64,000 bases of DNA from Selaginella moellendorffii (taxonomy: Eukaryota > Plantae > Lycopodiophyta), in contig NW_003314442.1 in the NCBI RefSeq assembly GCF_000143415.4, positions 62,001 to 126,000 on the forward strand, given 5' to 3'. Positions within the stretch are counted from its first letter, which is position 1. Each line of letters begins with the position of its first letter. The position numbers and the translations under genes were made by a program. Shown here piece by piece: positions 49,700 to 61,030 of this stretch. The notes beneath the pieces were generated by a model. That model was not told the DNA's origin. It saw only the letters and a program-made list of their open reading frames with translations, and made no database searches.

Positions 49700-50475
49700 T
49701 TTCACTCTCTTGCTCTTGCTATTCTCTTTCGAGGCTTAAAGTTCCTGTTTGTTCCAGGTGCTCGAGGCTGGAACCAAGAGAAAAAAAAGAAATTTTCATC
49801 CCTGTACTTCTCCTCGGGACAGCCACAGCTCCACGGCCGTCGGGTCTAAGCTCTATTTTTTTCGAGTCTCTCAAGTCCCTGTTTGTTCCAGGTTCTCGAG
49901 GCTGGAACCATGACTAGAATCAAGGTTTTTCACTCTCTTGCTTTTTGCTATTCTCTTTCGAGGCTTAAAGTTCCTGTTTGTTCCAGGTGCTCGAGGCTGG
50001 AACCAAGAGAAAAAAAAGAAATTTTCGTCCCTGTACTTCTCCTCGGGACAGCCACAGCTCCACTGCCGTTGATTTTTTTCGAGTCTCTCAAGTCCCTGTT
50101 TGTTCCAGGTTCTTGAGGCTGGAACCACGACTAGAATCAAGGTTTTTCACTCTCTTGCTTTTTGCTATTCTCTTTCGAGGCTTAAAGTTCCTGTTTGTTC
50201 CAGGTGCTCGAGGCTGGAACCAAGAGAAAAAAAAGAAATTTTCGTCCCTGTACTTCTCCTCGGGACAGCCACAGCTCCACTGCCGTTGATTTTTTTCGAG
50301 TCTCTCAAGTCCCTGTTTGTTCCAGGTTCTCGAGGCTGGAACCACGACTAGAATCAAGGTTTTTCACTCTCTTGCTTTTTGCTATTCTCTTTCGAGGCTT
50401 AAAGTTCCTGTTTGTTCCAGGTGCTCGAGGCTGGAACCAAGAGAAAAAAAAGAAATTTTCGTCCCTGTACTTCTC
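49700..50475 (+). repeat. 217-bp tandem repeat (about 3.5 copies), each unit with two GTTCCAG-N10-CTGGAAC palindromes
   Basis: Near-identical ORFs start at 49883, 50100 and 50317 (period 217). A single related copy lies at about 55480-55690. Confidence 0.92.
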
Positions 50476-50519
50476 ACCCACGAGCAGCAGAGATTGATGA
50501 GGTCCTCACTTTGGAGCCA

Positions 50520-50990
50520 TTTCTGAGTGGTTCAACGTGGTGGCAGTGATCCAGAGCAGCAGCTCTAGAAGTGGTAATGATGACCATGCGTTTCTCTACA
50601 GGGACACGGTGCTGTACAAATCCAATTACTATTAGCATCACACGTCTGAGGACAAATTAAGTGAAGTGGTGCCAGATTCAATTGTATTTGTGTTGTAATA
50701 CTACATTATATATAAGGTGTCTCCTACCCTTGATTGGCTACAAAAAAATAGCAAATGTCTTTCCCTCTTTGCTCTAAGTGAGCACTCTGACCAACACACA
50801 TAACAGTAACATATGTGTCGAGAAGGCCAAGTACTGCTCAGTTCAAGCTCAAAGTCACCTAGCTTCTCTACATTTATATCAACAGCTCCTCTACATAATC
50901 AGGCTGTGTACTCCACATGAACCATGGAGCCTATAGTTGGCCTGTCGCAAGATGTCTCTTCTCCTCCGGTATTCCTGTTGAAGCACTAAG
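50520..50990 (-). pseudogene. Possible captured HEN1 fragment (FKBP-like domain into methyltransferase start)
   Basis: Minus-strand PTIGSMVHVEY...FELELSS, LLDTYVTVMCVGQSAHL, VPVEKRM and LLELLL..TTL resemble HEN1 from memory. Degenerate. Confidence 0.35.
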
Positions 50991-51119
50991 CAACAAGTAA
51001 GCAATACACAGCTTACACATGGATGTGAGAAATCCAGCGATCCCTCCTCCATGTTTTGGACACGAGTAATATCCTGTTTTCTTTCCTTGTTTTCTTCTAA
51101 ACTCTTTTTCCCCTGCAGA

Positions 51120-51992
51120 TACTTTTGTCTGGAAGAAGATTTCTACCGCTGGAGTCTCGCCTATTCCTCGGGATAGCCATACCTGCTCTTCCTATAAGAA
51201 CTGTTTCGTTGTCATGGGTGACCGAGGACGGTGGTAATCCAGAAACAATGGCATGGCGGGAGGTAAAGACGACTGGTGCTAAGCTGATGCCAAGAGCCGG
51301 GCATACAACAATCAGCCATGAAAAGTATCACGCTTGTAGGTAGATTTGTTTCCTGTTGGTCTCTCATGGGCCTTTTATGTATTTTGCAGCGACTGGTGTT
51401 TGGGCAACTTTGAATCCCTCTGGTTCCAGGCCTTCTCCAGGTTTCTCCCTTGCAGGAGATTCTGTGGATGCAGAGCAAGGCATATTATTCGTCTATGAGG
51501 GATGTAACAAAGAGCTTGAAGCTCTGAATGACATGTATTTCCTTGATACAGGTAGGCTTCTTCTTTTATTGACATTGCTGCTATTCTTGACAATATGGTT
51601 GCCGTTTTTCTGTGAAGAGATGCTGAGGGAGAAAGATCCATCAGAACCAAAGCTATCCATGCGTAAGGAACTTAAGAGAAGGCAGCAATGAGTATTGTGC
51701 CACGCCATTCGTGCTAGACAAGCAACGGGGATGCGGACAGGAGCTTGGTTTCATCTCACAGAAATATCTGCAGAAAACCTTGGACCTCTCCAATTTTTCC
51801 CTGTCAAACTCATGCTACAGAGTTTCAAGCTCACGTTCAGCCGCTAGGCGAGAAGATGTTCGAGGCCAGAGAAAGTGACGTATTCAACTATGGATACACG
51901 CTAGAAGCCTCCATCGGTGGGAAACTCTTCTGTGGGCTGCTCTTCTCGTACAAGCCTGGCTTTGCTCAGGCAGTGCAATCTTACATGGCGAG
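51120..51992 (+). pseudogene. Captured kelch-repeat protein 3' exons with introns
   Basis: WREVKTTGAKLMPRAGHTT, LFVYEGCNKELEALNDMYFLDT, KLSMRKELK, EKMFEARESDVFNYGYTLEASIGGKLFCGLLFSYKPGF. Frameshifts and stops. Confidence 0.7.
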
Positions 51993-53019
51993 GTATGTTT
52001 CGTTTGATCCTCAGTTATTCTCTAACGCCAGGAGAGTGTCCTTTTGGACAGGGCACGGGCATTTTCCTCGAGTGATCACGTTCGTTTACACCAGGATCTC
52101 AAGCTCGACAACAATCTTTCCAAACTAAACATGCGTGACAAAGTGGTGATCAGCACCTTTAGGAGATATCACCACAGCGTAGTACATGGCAGCTAAGGTG
52201 GTGGAGAACAAGGATTGGAGCTCTACATGGCAGCCTACTCGACTTTCTTACAGACAAAGCCATGAACTGTTTTTAAAAAAGCCATTTCTGAAGGAATAAG
52301 ACAGTATTAAATAAACTGTTGTGTATGTATGTGTTAATAGACACAACTTTGAAGCCATGAGCTTGGTTTGCTTCAGTGTACATTAACTCAGGGCATATAA
52401 ATGATTTCTATGTTTGATTTTATTTAGTCTTTTGCTCTCTCATAAAGGTTTTAGGTAAAAAACAAAATGTGTATATGTCGTTCCAGATCACGATCCTAAA
52501 AAACGCTTTAGACATTCAAAAGGAAGCGTGCAGGCAGAAAAAAGTTCAAAAGAGTGACCTGCACATACAAGAATCTCATTCTATTGTGCTATTGCTATGT
52601 TTGCTTGAATACAAAACAGAAAAAAAACAAAAAGACTTATTGATAAGAAGCTGCATCGTTGCATGACGTTCTAAACAGAACTAACACCTACCAAAGCTAT
52701 TCTACTTTGCTGAAATCTACTAGCCTATTATACAAATTGAAATAACTAGCTGAAAATGGGCGGCAAAAGAAAGCGGAAAACTGTGGATGCCATTTTAGAA
52801 GGGGATGTAATTGTAGCAAATGCTACTGGAAATCAAGAACTCATACCTTTTACCACTAATGTGGATGTTTGGAAACTAATATTGGCAAAAACAATGCTTG
52901 CAGAATATGTGAAACTGGAGAAGTCATGTCAACTGGTAAATTCTGTCACACGATTTCCTGTATTCCTGCAACCACTGCTTGTAGGGCAGTGAGATGAAAG
53001 AAATACATGGGTTTAATGT

Positions 53020-53370
53020 CGGAGAATGAAAATTGAAAATGTGAGCAACATTATCTTGGTAAGATGGAAAAACAATGTATACATTGTAAGGCTCTTTTTT
53101 TTATGATGGAAAGTGTTTTCAACTGTTGTTGTGATGGGAGAATATCATTTAAAAATTCACATCCTTTTCCTCAATTCATCCAGAAACTGCTGGAAGAAGC
53201 ACCACAGAAAGGAAACTTTAAAGATTTAATATGAAATTATAATAGTGCATTAGCATTTGCATCAATGGGTGCAAACATCGAAGAGATTGCAGTAGGTGGC
53301 CCTTATTATTTTAAAATACATGGACAAATTTATCATAATATTGGAAGTTTCAGACCAAACAATGGAAATA
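53020..53370 (+). mobile_element. Helitron RepHel N-terminal remnant
   Basis: LGKMEKQCIHCKALFF...I*NYNSALAFASMGANIEEIAVGGPYYFKIHGQIYHNIGSFRP, characteristic of the Helitron Rep N-terminal region. Contains stop/frameshift and is truncated. Confidence 0.8.
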
Positions 53371-55077
53371 TCATTGAGACAACATTAGACACAATACAAA
53401 AGGCTACCATCTTAAAAAATGTGATTCATCATCACTTAAAATTTTATTATTAATAAAGAAATCTATGGACCATTTTTTCATTTTCTGATATGTTATGGTT
53501 TTAGGGAAAAACAATATTATGAATCATCAATACCATAATATCAGGATAAAAACTTACCTTTCATTGAAAGATTTTAGCCTCAATATAAATTTATATAAGA
53601 AAAAATAAAACATAAAGGTAATAATCTTAATTCATTTTAGCATTCACTCTATATAAAAACATATACAGAAATAATATTAATTATATAGAATATAATAATT
53701 TAACTTTTAGATAGTACTTCTAAAAGTATAAATATAAATATTATGAAAAGAGAGGATATTGAATAAAAATATGAAAAAAATTCTAAACTAAAAATATAAT
53801 ATAATTTTAGAGAATAAGTTTAAATATATTTTAAAAATACTAAATATAATAAAGGAAAAAATAAAATATCTAAATTAGAATATAAATAAAACAGTTTCTA
53901 TAAAATATGATATTTTATAACTTAAAATAGAGTAGTTAATAGTTCTAGATATTTTTTATGTAAAATATTTTTTATTAGTAACCTTATGTTATTTATTAGT
54001 ATAAATATAAATTAAATTAAACTTATTGAGATGTCAATTGGCTAAGACGTAGTCTAAGATTTATATAATATCATAAATTTTCTACCACTTTATCCTACAT
54101 GGTATTTATACATGAAAAACATAATAAGGTATAAATATGATTGAGAAAAAATTAGTATATGGACCATATAAAGAAATTTAAATATATTATATTAAACCTT
54201 CTATATACCATTCATGAATTTTCTGATATATTATAGTTCTAGCATAACCATTCATTTATCATCATAAAATTTCAGCATTCATAACAGTGCTATAAAGCCT
54301 TAATTATAAATATAAATACATGAATATAGGGAGATAATAATCTTATTTCAGATTTATAAAAACAACTACAGAAATAATGTTTATGATATATAAGAGAATA
54401 CTTTCTATTTTAAATATTACTCTCAAAATGCATGAATATAAATATTAGGTAAAAAAAGGAATATCAATGATAAATATGTAAAATATTATAATTTTATAAA
54501 AGAAAATATAACACATAAACCTAACGTCTTTCACTTATTGTTATGCAATTCCAAAACTTTCAGTCTGAAATAATGAAAAGAGAAACTCCATAACAATGTT
54601 TATATTTTTTAAATTTAAAAGATGTATGCACTTTAGGTGAGTTTTTAAATATATATTAAATATATTTTTAACATCATTATAATTGAGTGTACCTAAGTAA
54701 CACATACTTTATTAAGAGGAGAAATTATATATTTTAATAAATCATGAAATAATAAGATTTTTATCACTTATATAGAGATTTCAAATAAAAGAAAAAATTA
54801 GTTAATAAAAAATGACTCATCTGAGAATGGGATCCCACAGTGAGAAATTCCATTTATAGAATATCCAAGACTTCAGTCAACAATCAGAATTTTAAATATG
54901 ATATAATGTACTGAGTTATATTTATTATGTTTTTATGTTTGTTGGTAATGGAGTCAATTGTTGAAGATATTTTTAATATAAATATTATGTTATGTTTAAC
55001 TATATATCTTATAATTATGATTATGTTAAAAATTACACTCTTTGAAATTATTAAAATATCAGAAATAAACACAATGC

Positions 55078-55104
55078 TCCCAGCGTAGCTGGGACTTTTG
55101 CTAG
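55078..55104 (+). mobile_element. Helitron 3' terminus (hairpin + CTAG)
   Basis: TCCCAGC GTA GCTGGGA cttttg CTAG, then TACTCCCTTATTTAAACGTGCTATTGG as at 45475. Confidence 0.8.
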
Positions 55105-55699
55105 TACTCCCTTATTTAAACGTGCTATTGGCATATGGCATCCGGCGTCTTTTATTCCATTTTTAGAATATTATTTCTGAATATGCTTATAATCTAACGG
55201 CTGAGATTAAACAATGGGGAGTCGTGACTTTTGGGATCATAAAAACTTTTAATTGTCTTTTAGGGCGCGTGAGCACGAGGAGAGAGCGTCGATCATCGCT
55301 TGTGGGAAGGTACTCTCTCTCTCTCTCTCTCTGTCTCTGTGTGTGTGTGTGTTTGATGCGGTCTTCATTGCAGAGCACCTCAGAGCTACAGTCAGCTGTA
55401 CGTGAAGATCTGAAGCTGCTACCGATTGAAAAGCTCAGGAAACCGTTGTCAATGGCCATGCGCCGGAAAAATGACAGTCTTTTTTCGAGACTCTCAAGCC
55501 CCTATTTGTTCCAGGTTCTTGAGGCTGGAACCACGACTAGAATCAAGGTTTTTCACTCTCTTGCTTTTTGCTATTCTCTTTCGAGGCTTAAAGTTCCTGT
55601 TTGTGCCAGGTGCTTGAGGCTGTAACCAAGAGAGAAAAAAGAAATTTTCGTCCCTGTACTTCTCCTCGGGACAGCCACAGCTCCACGGCTCCATGGCTA

Positions 55700-56580
55700 T
55701 TGGCCCCATGCATTTCACAGTCATCTCTACAGAACATGACTGGAGCTCGACCAGCAAACAAGTATGCATTCTTATTCTTTTCATCTTTCCTTCAACGAAA
55801 CCTTCTTCTACAGTACGCTTGGATGAAATCTGACCTTGAATCTGTCGGCAGATTCAGTACACCATGGATAGTTTTCACAGGGTAACTGTTTTTATTCACA
55901 TTTTCATTCTGTAAACTCATGTGTGCTATTTTTCTTTCAGTCATCGACCTATGTACTCCACTCAACTGCGGGGGATTTATTTCTAAACTTTACCAGGTGT
56001 GGATCCGAAATTTGTAGCAGCTGTGGAACCATTGCTCTTGAGAAACAAGGTAAAACACGAGCTCTTCAAAGGGAAAACTAGAATGAAACTGTCTTTTTTC
56101 TTTTTTCTTTTTTTTTTTGCACAGGTTGATTTAGCAGTGTGGGGGCATGTTCACAATTACCTGCGAACTTGTGCTGTGTTTCAGGGCGCTGCCTGCAGCA
56201 CCCGATCAAGGATTTAGCAGGCGTCGATTTCTTTGACACTACAATTTACTCAGCTCCAGTTCACACCGTGGTTGGCATGGCTGAATTCACCTTGGATGAC
56301 TTCCCTCATAATGTAAGCTTGCAGCTTTGTTTCCTATATTCAAGCTCTTTATATGGTATTGATATTCTACCTTTTCTATTTTTTTTGTCGACAGTTTAGT
56401 TCATGGAGCTTGATTCGAAGGTCGGCATTTGGATATGCAAGAGTGACAGCTGATAAGACAAAGCTACTGTTTGAAGTAGATGAATTGCGTTCTTGGTTCT
56501 TGCATGTTACTTATTTATTTTTCATTCCAGTACATTACAACGGACGGACAGTAGCTGACCGATTTAAAATTGCCAGGCTA
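55700..56580 (+). pseudogene. Captured 3' half of a purple acid phosphatase / nucleotide pyrophosphatase gene with introns
   Basis: ISTEHDW, YAWMKSDLESVGRFSTPWIVFTGHRPMYS, VEPLLLRNKVDLAVWGHVHNY, APVHTVVGMA, FGYARV. Confidence 0.8.
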
Positions 56581-56625
56581 GATTGGGGATTTTCCAGGCC
56601 ATGAACGATTTCAAGCTTTACAAGT

Positions 56626-57400
56626 TCAATAGTTGGCTTGTAGAGCTTGCTGATTTACTTGACACTGCCAAGAGCTCTTGCTTTGCTGCACAGCACCTGT
56701 TTTTGGATCTTGCCAGTCGCAGTTTTGTCCAAGGCTGTGAGAATGACGATGCTCTTTGGCACCATGAACTTCGGTAAATGCTGTCGATACAACAAGAGTA
56801 TCTCCTCCTTGTTGCTTCTCACGCCGTGCTTGAGGGACACAAACGCATATGGACCACTGCTCATCTGGCTGCGCCACCACAGCAGCTTCCAACACTGCTG
56901 GATGCCTGGATGAAAAAGAAGCAAACTTTAACAAGAAACAAAGAAGGAAAAACTCTCCTTTTACCTGTACAAGATGCTCTCCACTTCCAGGCTGCTAATG
57001 TTCTCCCCTCCAGAAATGATAATATCCTTGGCTCGATCCTTGATCTTGATGTATCCATTGGGATGCCAAACTGCCAAGTCCCCAGAGTCTGGATTGTTCA
57101 AGTATCCCTTGAACACCATGTTCCCACGTATGCAAACTTCGCCAATGGTGACACCGTCCTTGGCAACCGGTTCTAGAGTTTCATCTCTGATAATGTATTT
57201 GTCTTATTTGTTTGGTTCTTCGTCACTCCTTACTCGCTCGCTGCTTCTGCTAAATTTTTTTGCTTGCTAGCTCGGAGTTGAGCACCTGTAAGCCATCGAG
57301 GCAAACGTATTTCACGCCCTGCCGAGCCTTGAGCCTGGCCTGCTCATCGGGCAAAAGGCTGTCCCATTCGGGATTCCACTCGCACACAGTGCATGGACCA
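56626..57400 (-). pseudogene. Captured 3' part of an acyl-activating enzyme (AAE7/ACN1-like) gene
   Basis: [95 protein letters not shown]. Deletions and frameshifts. Confidence 0.8.
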
Positions 57401-58249
57401 CAGTGCATGAAAGAGTGGGAAGAGGCTAGCTGCCTATTTTTCTTTCTATGCACTTCCTTTATGGTTATCTCCAGTTTATTTTTGAGTAGGTGGTATCTGT
57501 GGCTATATATATTTGAATGTGGAGTCATGCTAGAGAAATGCGAAACAACATGATGACTTGAGTTCCAACCCAGGCCCAGTGCATCTCCTCTTTTTATTGA
57601 CCCACCACAATGATGAGCATCTATTATGCTAGGAAGAAAACGTAAGCTTTTAGGTAATAGCTTATAGTGCCACAATTTCGTCTGTCTGTACCAACTATCA
57701 GCATTGCAAACTTTGTGGAGTCATGTAGAGGCCGAGACTCTGTAGGTTCTGTTGAAGGTGTTGTAGTGAGTATCAATGATATAGGCTACAACAGTGGTCA
57801 ACTCACAATAACAGATAACATCAACGAGTCTGATATGATATAGTAAGTTCAATATAGCATGTGGATCCCTGACAATAATCTATATGATGGCAGCTCAAAT
57901 TCCATGGCAACATAATGGAATTATTCAAAGAGTTGATGAATGAATGTTTTTCTGGAACTCCACCAACAAGATGTTTCATTAATTTACAAGGAGACGGTTA
58001 TTTCAAGAGAGCAAATGTCACAGGCATGAGCATTGTTTCATGTATAATAGATGATGCCAAAATAATTCCTTGACTCTGTTTTTCGGAATATTGCAAGGGA
58101 ATGCAATATTCTATGTATACAATGTACAATGTATACAATGCACTATGCTCCCAGCGTAGCTGGGACTTTTTCGGAATATTGCAAGGGAATGCACAGGGGT
58201 AAGTGCGAAAGGAAATGAAACAAGCCCATATTAAATACACGTTGTTTTG

Positions 58250-58500
58250 CAGATACCTGGATACTTTGAAGTAGATAAGCTCTGTCCAGTTTTTATACAC
58301 ACAGTTTGTTCATTATGCTGCGGATCAAGATTGCAACAAACTTCTAAAGATGAAGCAATATGTAAAATATGTAAATATGCAGGACCTATAAAGGAACACA
58401 TCACGCTAAAGGGCCAGCTTCACCTTGGACAAGACACGTTCCAAGTAGCTGTACCTTCGCATTTTGTTGATCAACTGTATGGAACAAAGGAACTTTGACA
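58250..58500 (+). pseudogene. Zn-ribbon/OB-fold-like fragment (RPA-like)
   Basis: VCSLCCGSRL...AICKICK...ITLKGQLHLGQDTFQVAV pattern. Weak. Confidence 0.35.
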
Positions 58501-59564
58501 TTCCTTAAAAAAAATAAACCTTTGCCTTTACATCTGTGCCTTTACTCTTTGATTTCTGATGTTGAAGCATCTGAAGCTTTTATGCAGAAATTGTTAGAGT
58601 CTAGAACAATGCACTGGATCTTTGCAGGGGAACATTTGAAAGAACCCAGCACTTGAGGTGATATGCTCATTAAAGTTTGTGATTTGTTTATCTTTTTTTA
58701 GGCACTTCAAGCATTGACTTACATGGGAACTTTCATTGATGGGGGCAACGATTCCATTGAATATATTCCTAACCTTTCAACATCAGAAGGTTTGTAAATC
58801 AGCTGTTTACAAACATTCCTAATTCTCCCACTAATGTATTACATACCTGGAAAGAGATGTGTATAATTGCATTGCATGGATCACACTGCTTCATATACTC
58901 CAATCAAATATACAGGCCTGCTGTGTGTGGATTGTTGAGGCACGTTCGTGAAAAAAACTCATGGATTATGACATACTCTACTTGCGCAGATAACTACAAC
59001 TTAATGTTCTGCTCAGCAAGCAGCCAGAAGAATATCTGGTCTGTCTCTAGAGATTGCAAAGTTGTGTAATGGTCCAAGATGACAGAACTGAAGCCAAAGT
59101 GATAGATGTTTACAATATCAATGTGCCTTTCATTGGTGATCCAATGAACACTAGAGTGCATATCCTTCAAGGTTAATGTAATTACAGAATATGTATTTAA
59201 AAATCATGATATAGAAAAGGCTGAACTTCTTCTTACAATCAAGTAAGCTTTCCCACACTTTCATATTCAAAACCTTTAACATAACCACCTATGAAATCTC
59301 ATGCTTGAATATTTCTTTGTTAATATAAAGAAACAATATAAACGAAAAGCCAAGAACTGAAATATATATGACACTCCCAGATTTTTCTTCTGATATTTCT
59401 TTTATAAAAAAATAAACACAAATGTAAAGCACTACGACTACTAATGTTAGTTTTGTCTAAATACATTACAAATTAGTTATTTAGTTACAAATTGTTTGTA
59501 ACTAATTACATTATGTATGTATGTATATAACATTTTTTATTTTTTTTCTCTGTTTCATGTTAAG

Positions 59565-60310
59565 GGACAGAGTTCTAAGAAGCTGAGATGCCATATAAGA
59601 ACATCAGGGGCCACTGCTACCGATGGTCTTTTCATGCCAAGGTGAGACACAAAGGGAAACTTGTATTCTTTGAAACAGGCACAGCTGGGTGTGTTATGTC
59701 AGTTGCTGTTGCCGATGCATAAAGTTCCAAAATACATATTGTTGGGTTTGGCATGAATGCAAAGCATCTTTCATGATATTGAGCAAGGCAGTGTCTATAT
59801 ATTTTCAGGGAACAGTGGTATACAACACTCTAAACCAGCATATACACCATATAAATCAAATTGGGAGATAAAAGCAAGCAAGACTATGGAGATCAAGTGT
59901 GTAGAGGACGATCTACGTATTCCAAATGTTGTTCTTAATAGAATGAGTGTTTTAGATGCTTCTAAGCTCGGCCAAGAGACATTTATAGACGTGATTGGTG
60001 GTGTAATGTGGAATAGACAAACATTTCTCCTAAGGATTCTGGAGCATTCATGAGAAGGAGGATGCTTTCTTTGAGTGATGAATCAGGCCACAGTATAGAC
60101 ATGTGTCTGTGGGATTCAAAGGCCGAAGATGAAGGTTCAGAAATCGAGGAGAAACCTGGACGAGGGCAGAAGCCTACTGTATGCCTGAAGGGCAGCCGGA
60201 TTTCAGATTACAATGGCAAGTCTATTTCAGTCACAGGTGGCTCTACCCTTTTAGTTGATCCTGAATTAGAAGATGTCTCATGGCTGTGTGAATGGATGGT
60301 TGCTAGCTAC
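59565..60310 (+). pseudogene. Helitron-type RPA70 remnant, OB-A/OB-B part
   Basis: IEQGSVYIFSG, FIDVIGGV, RRMLSLSDESGHSIDMCLWD, VCLKGSRISDYNGKSIS...STLLVDPE..W. Confidence 0.75.
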
Positions 60311-60499
60311 AACCAATACTTAGTTAATTTAAACAGTTTTTAACTAATTACATTATTACAAATTGTTTTAATCATTCATCAACTTCTACACAACATTAGT
60401 TTTGAAAGCTCCAGCTTGGCTTATACTTAGAAACTTGATACCACACACAACAAATTATAAAACAATAGTAGAAAGAAATAAAACATACTTTTTGTTTTC

Positions 60500-61030
60500 T
60501 CACACATTTTTTCTTTTAAGTGTCAAGACCAACTATAATTTTTTGGTATCTCTGTAGCTCTCGAGCTTGCAACGAATCTTCAGATTGTACATCTTTGATC
60601 AAATAGAGTCCATTACGGTTGAAAAAACAGTATAATCATCATCTTGTAGCGCAGCCAGCTTACATGCAGGCATATCTACAATTTCATTAGCATCATCAAA
60701 TGCAACCGCCTATATATGTCCAGTGCTGTCCAGAATACACAAGTGTAGTGCATATTTGAAGTGAATATCTCCAGAATCAGTGTCACAAGAGTTGCATTGC
60801 CACATACTTTCCGAAACCTGAGTAACCTTCTTGCCACATTGGCTTCCATTGACAACCTTCATGCATGCTGGGTAATAGAAGTCACCAGTCTGGAATTCTT
60901 TCACTGACACAATAACATGAAAAATAGCAGAGAACTTGGAAACATTCAGGTTGATAGACAACATCTCAGATACTGTCTTTGTACCAGAAATCACTGCTTT
61001 AGAAGAAGAGTTGGTCACATGGACAAATAT
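60500..61030 (-). pseudogene. RPA70 remnant, C-terminal OB-C/Zn ribbon part, inverted relative to the N-terminal part
   Basis: FYYPACMKVVNGSQCGKKV...WQCNSCD...YALHLCILDSTGHI. Confidence 0.78.

Noticed and set aside
49700-50475. CRISPR-like array of palindromic repeats with spacers
   Set aside because: The spacers are themselves repeated (two alternating sequences), there are no cas genes, and the context is eukaryotic. It is a tandem repeat.
53460-55070. Very AT-rich DNA as an organellar insertion or contamination
   Set aside because: There are no organellar genes, and it is duplicated at about 61.4-62.06 kb and ends in a Helitron terminus, so it is element-internal sequence.
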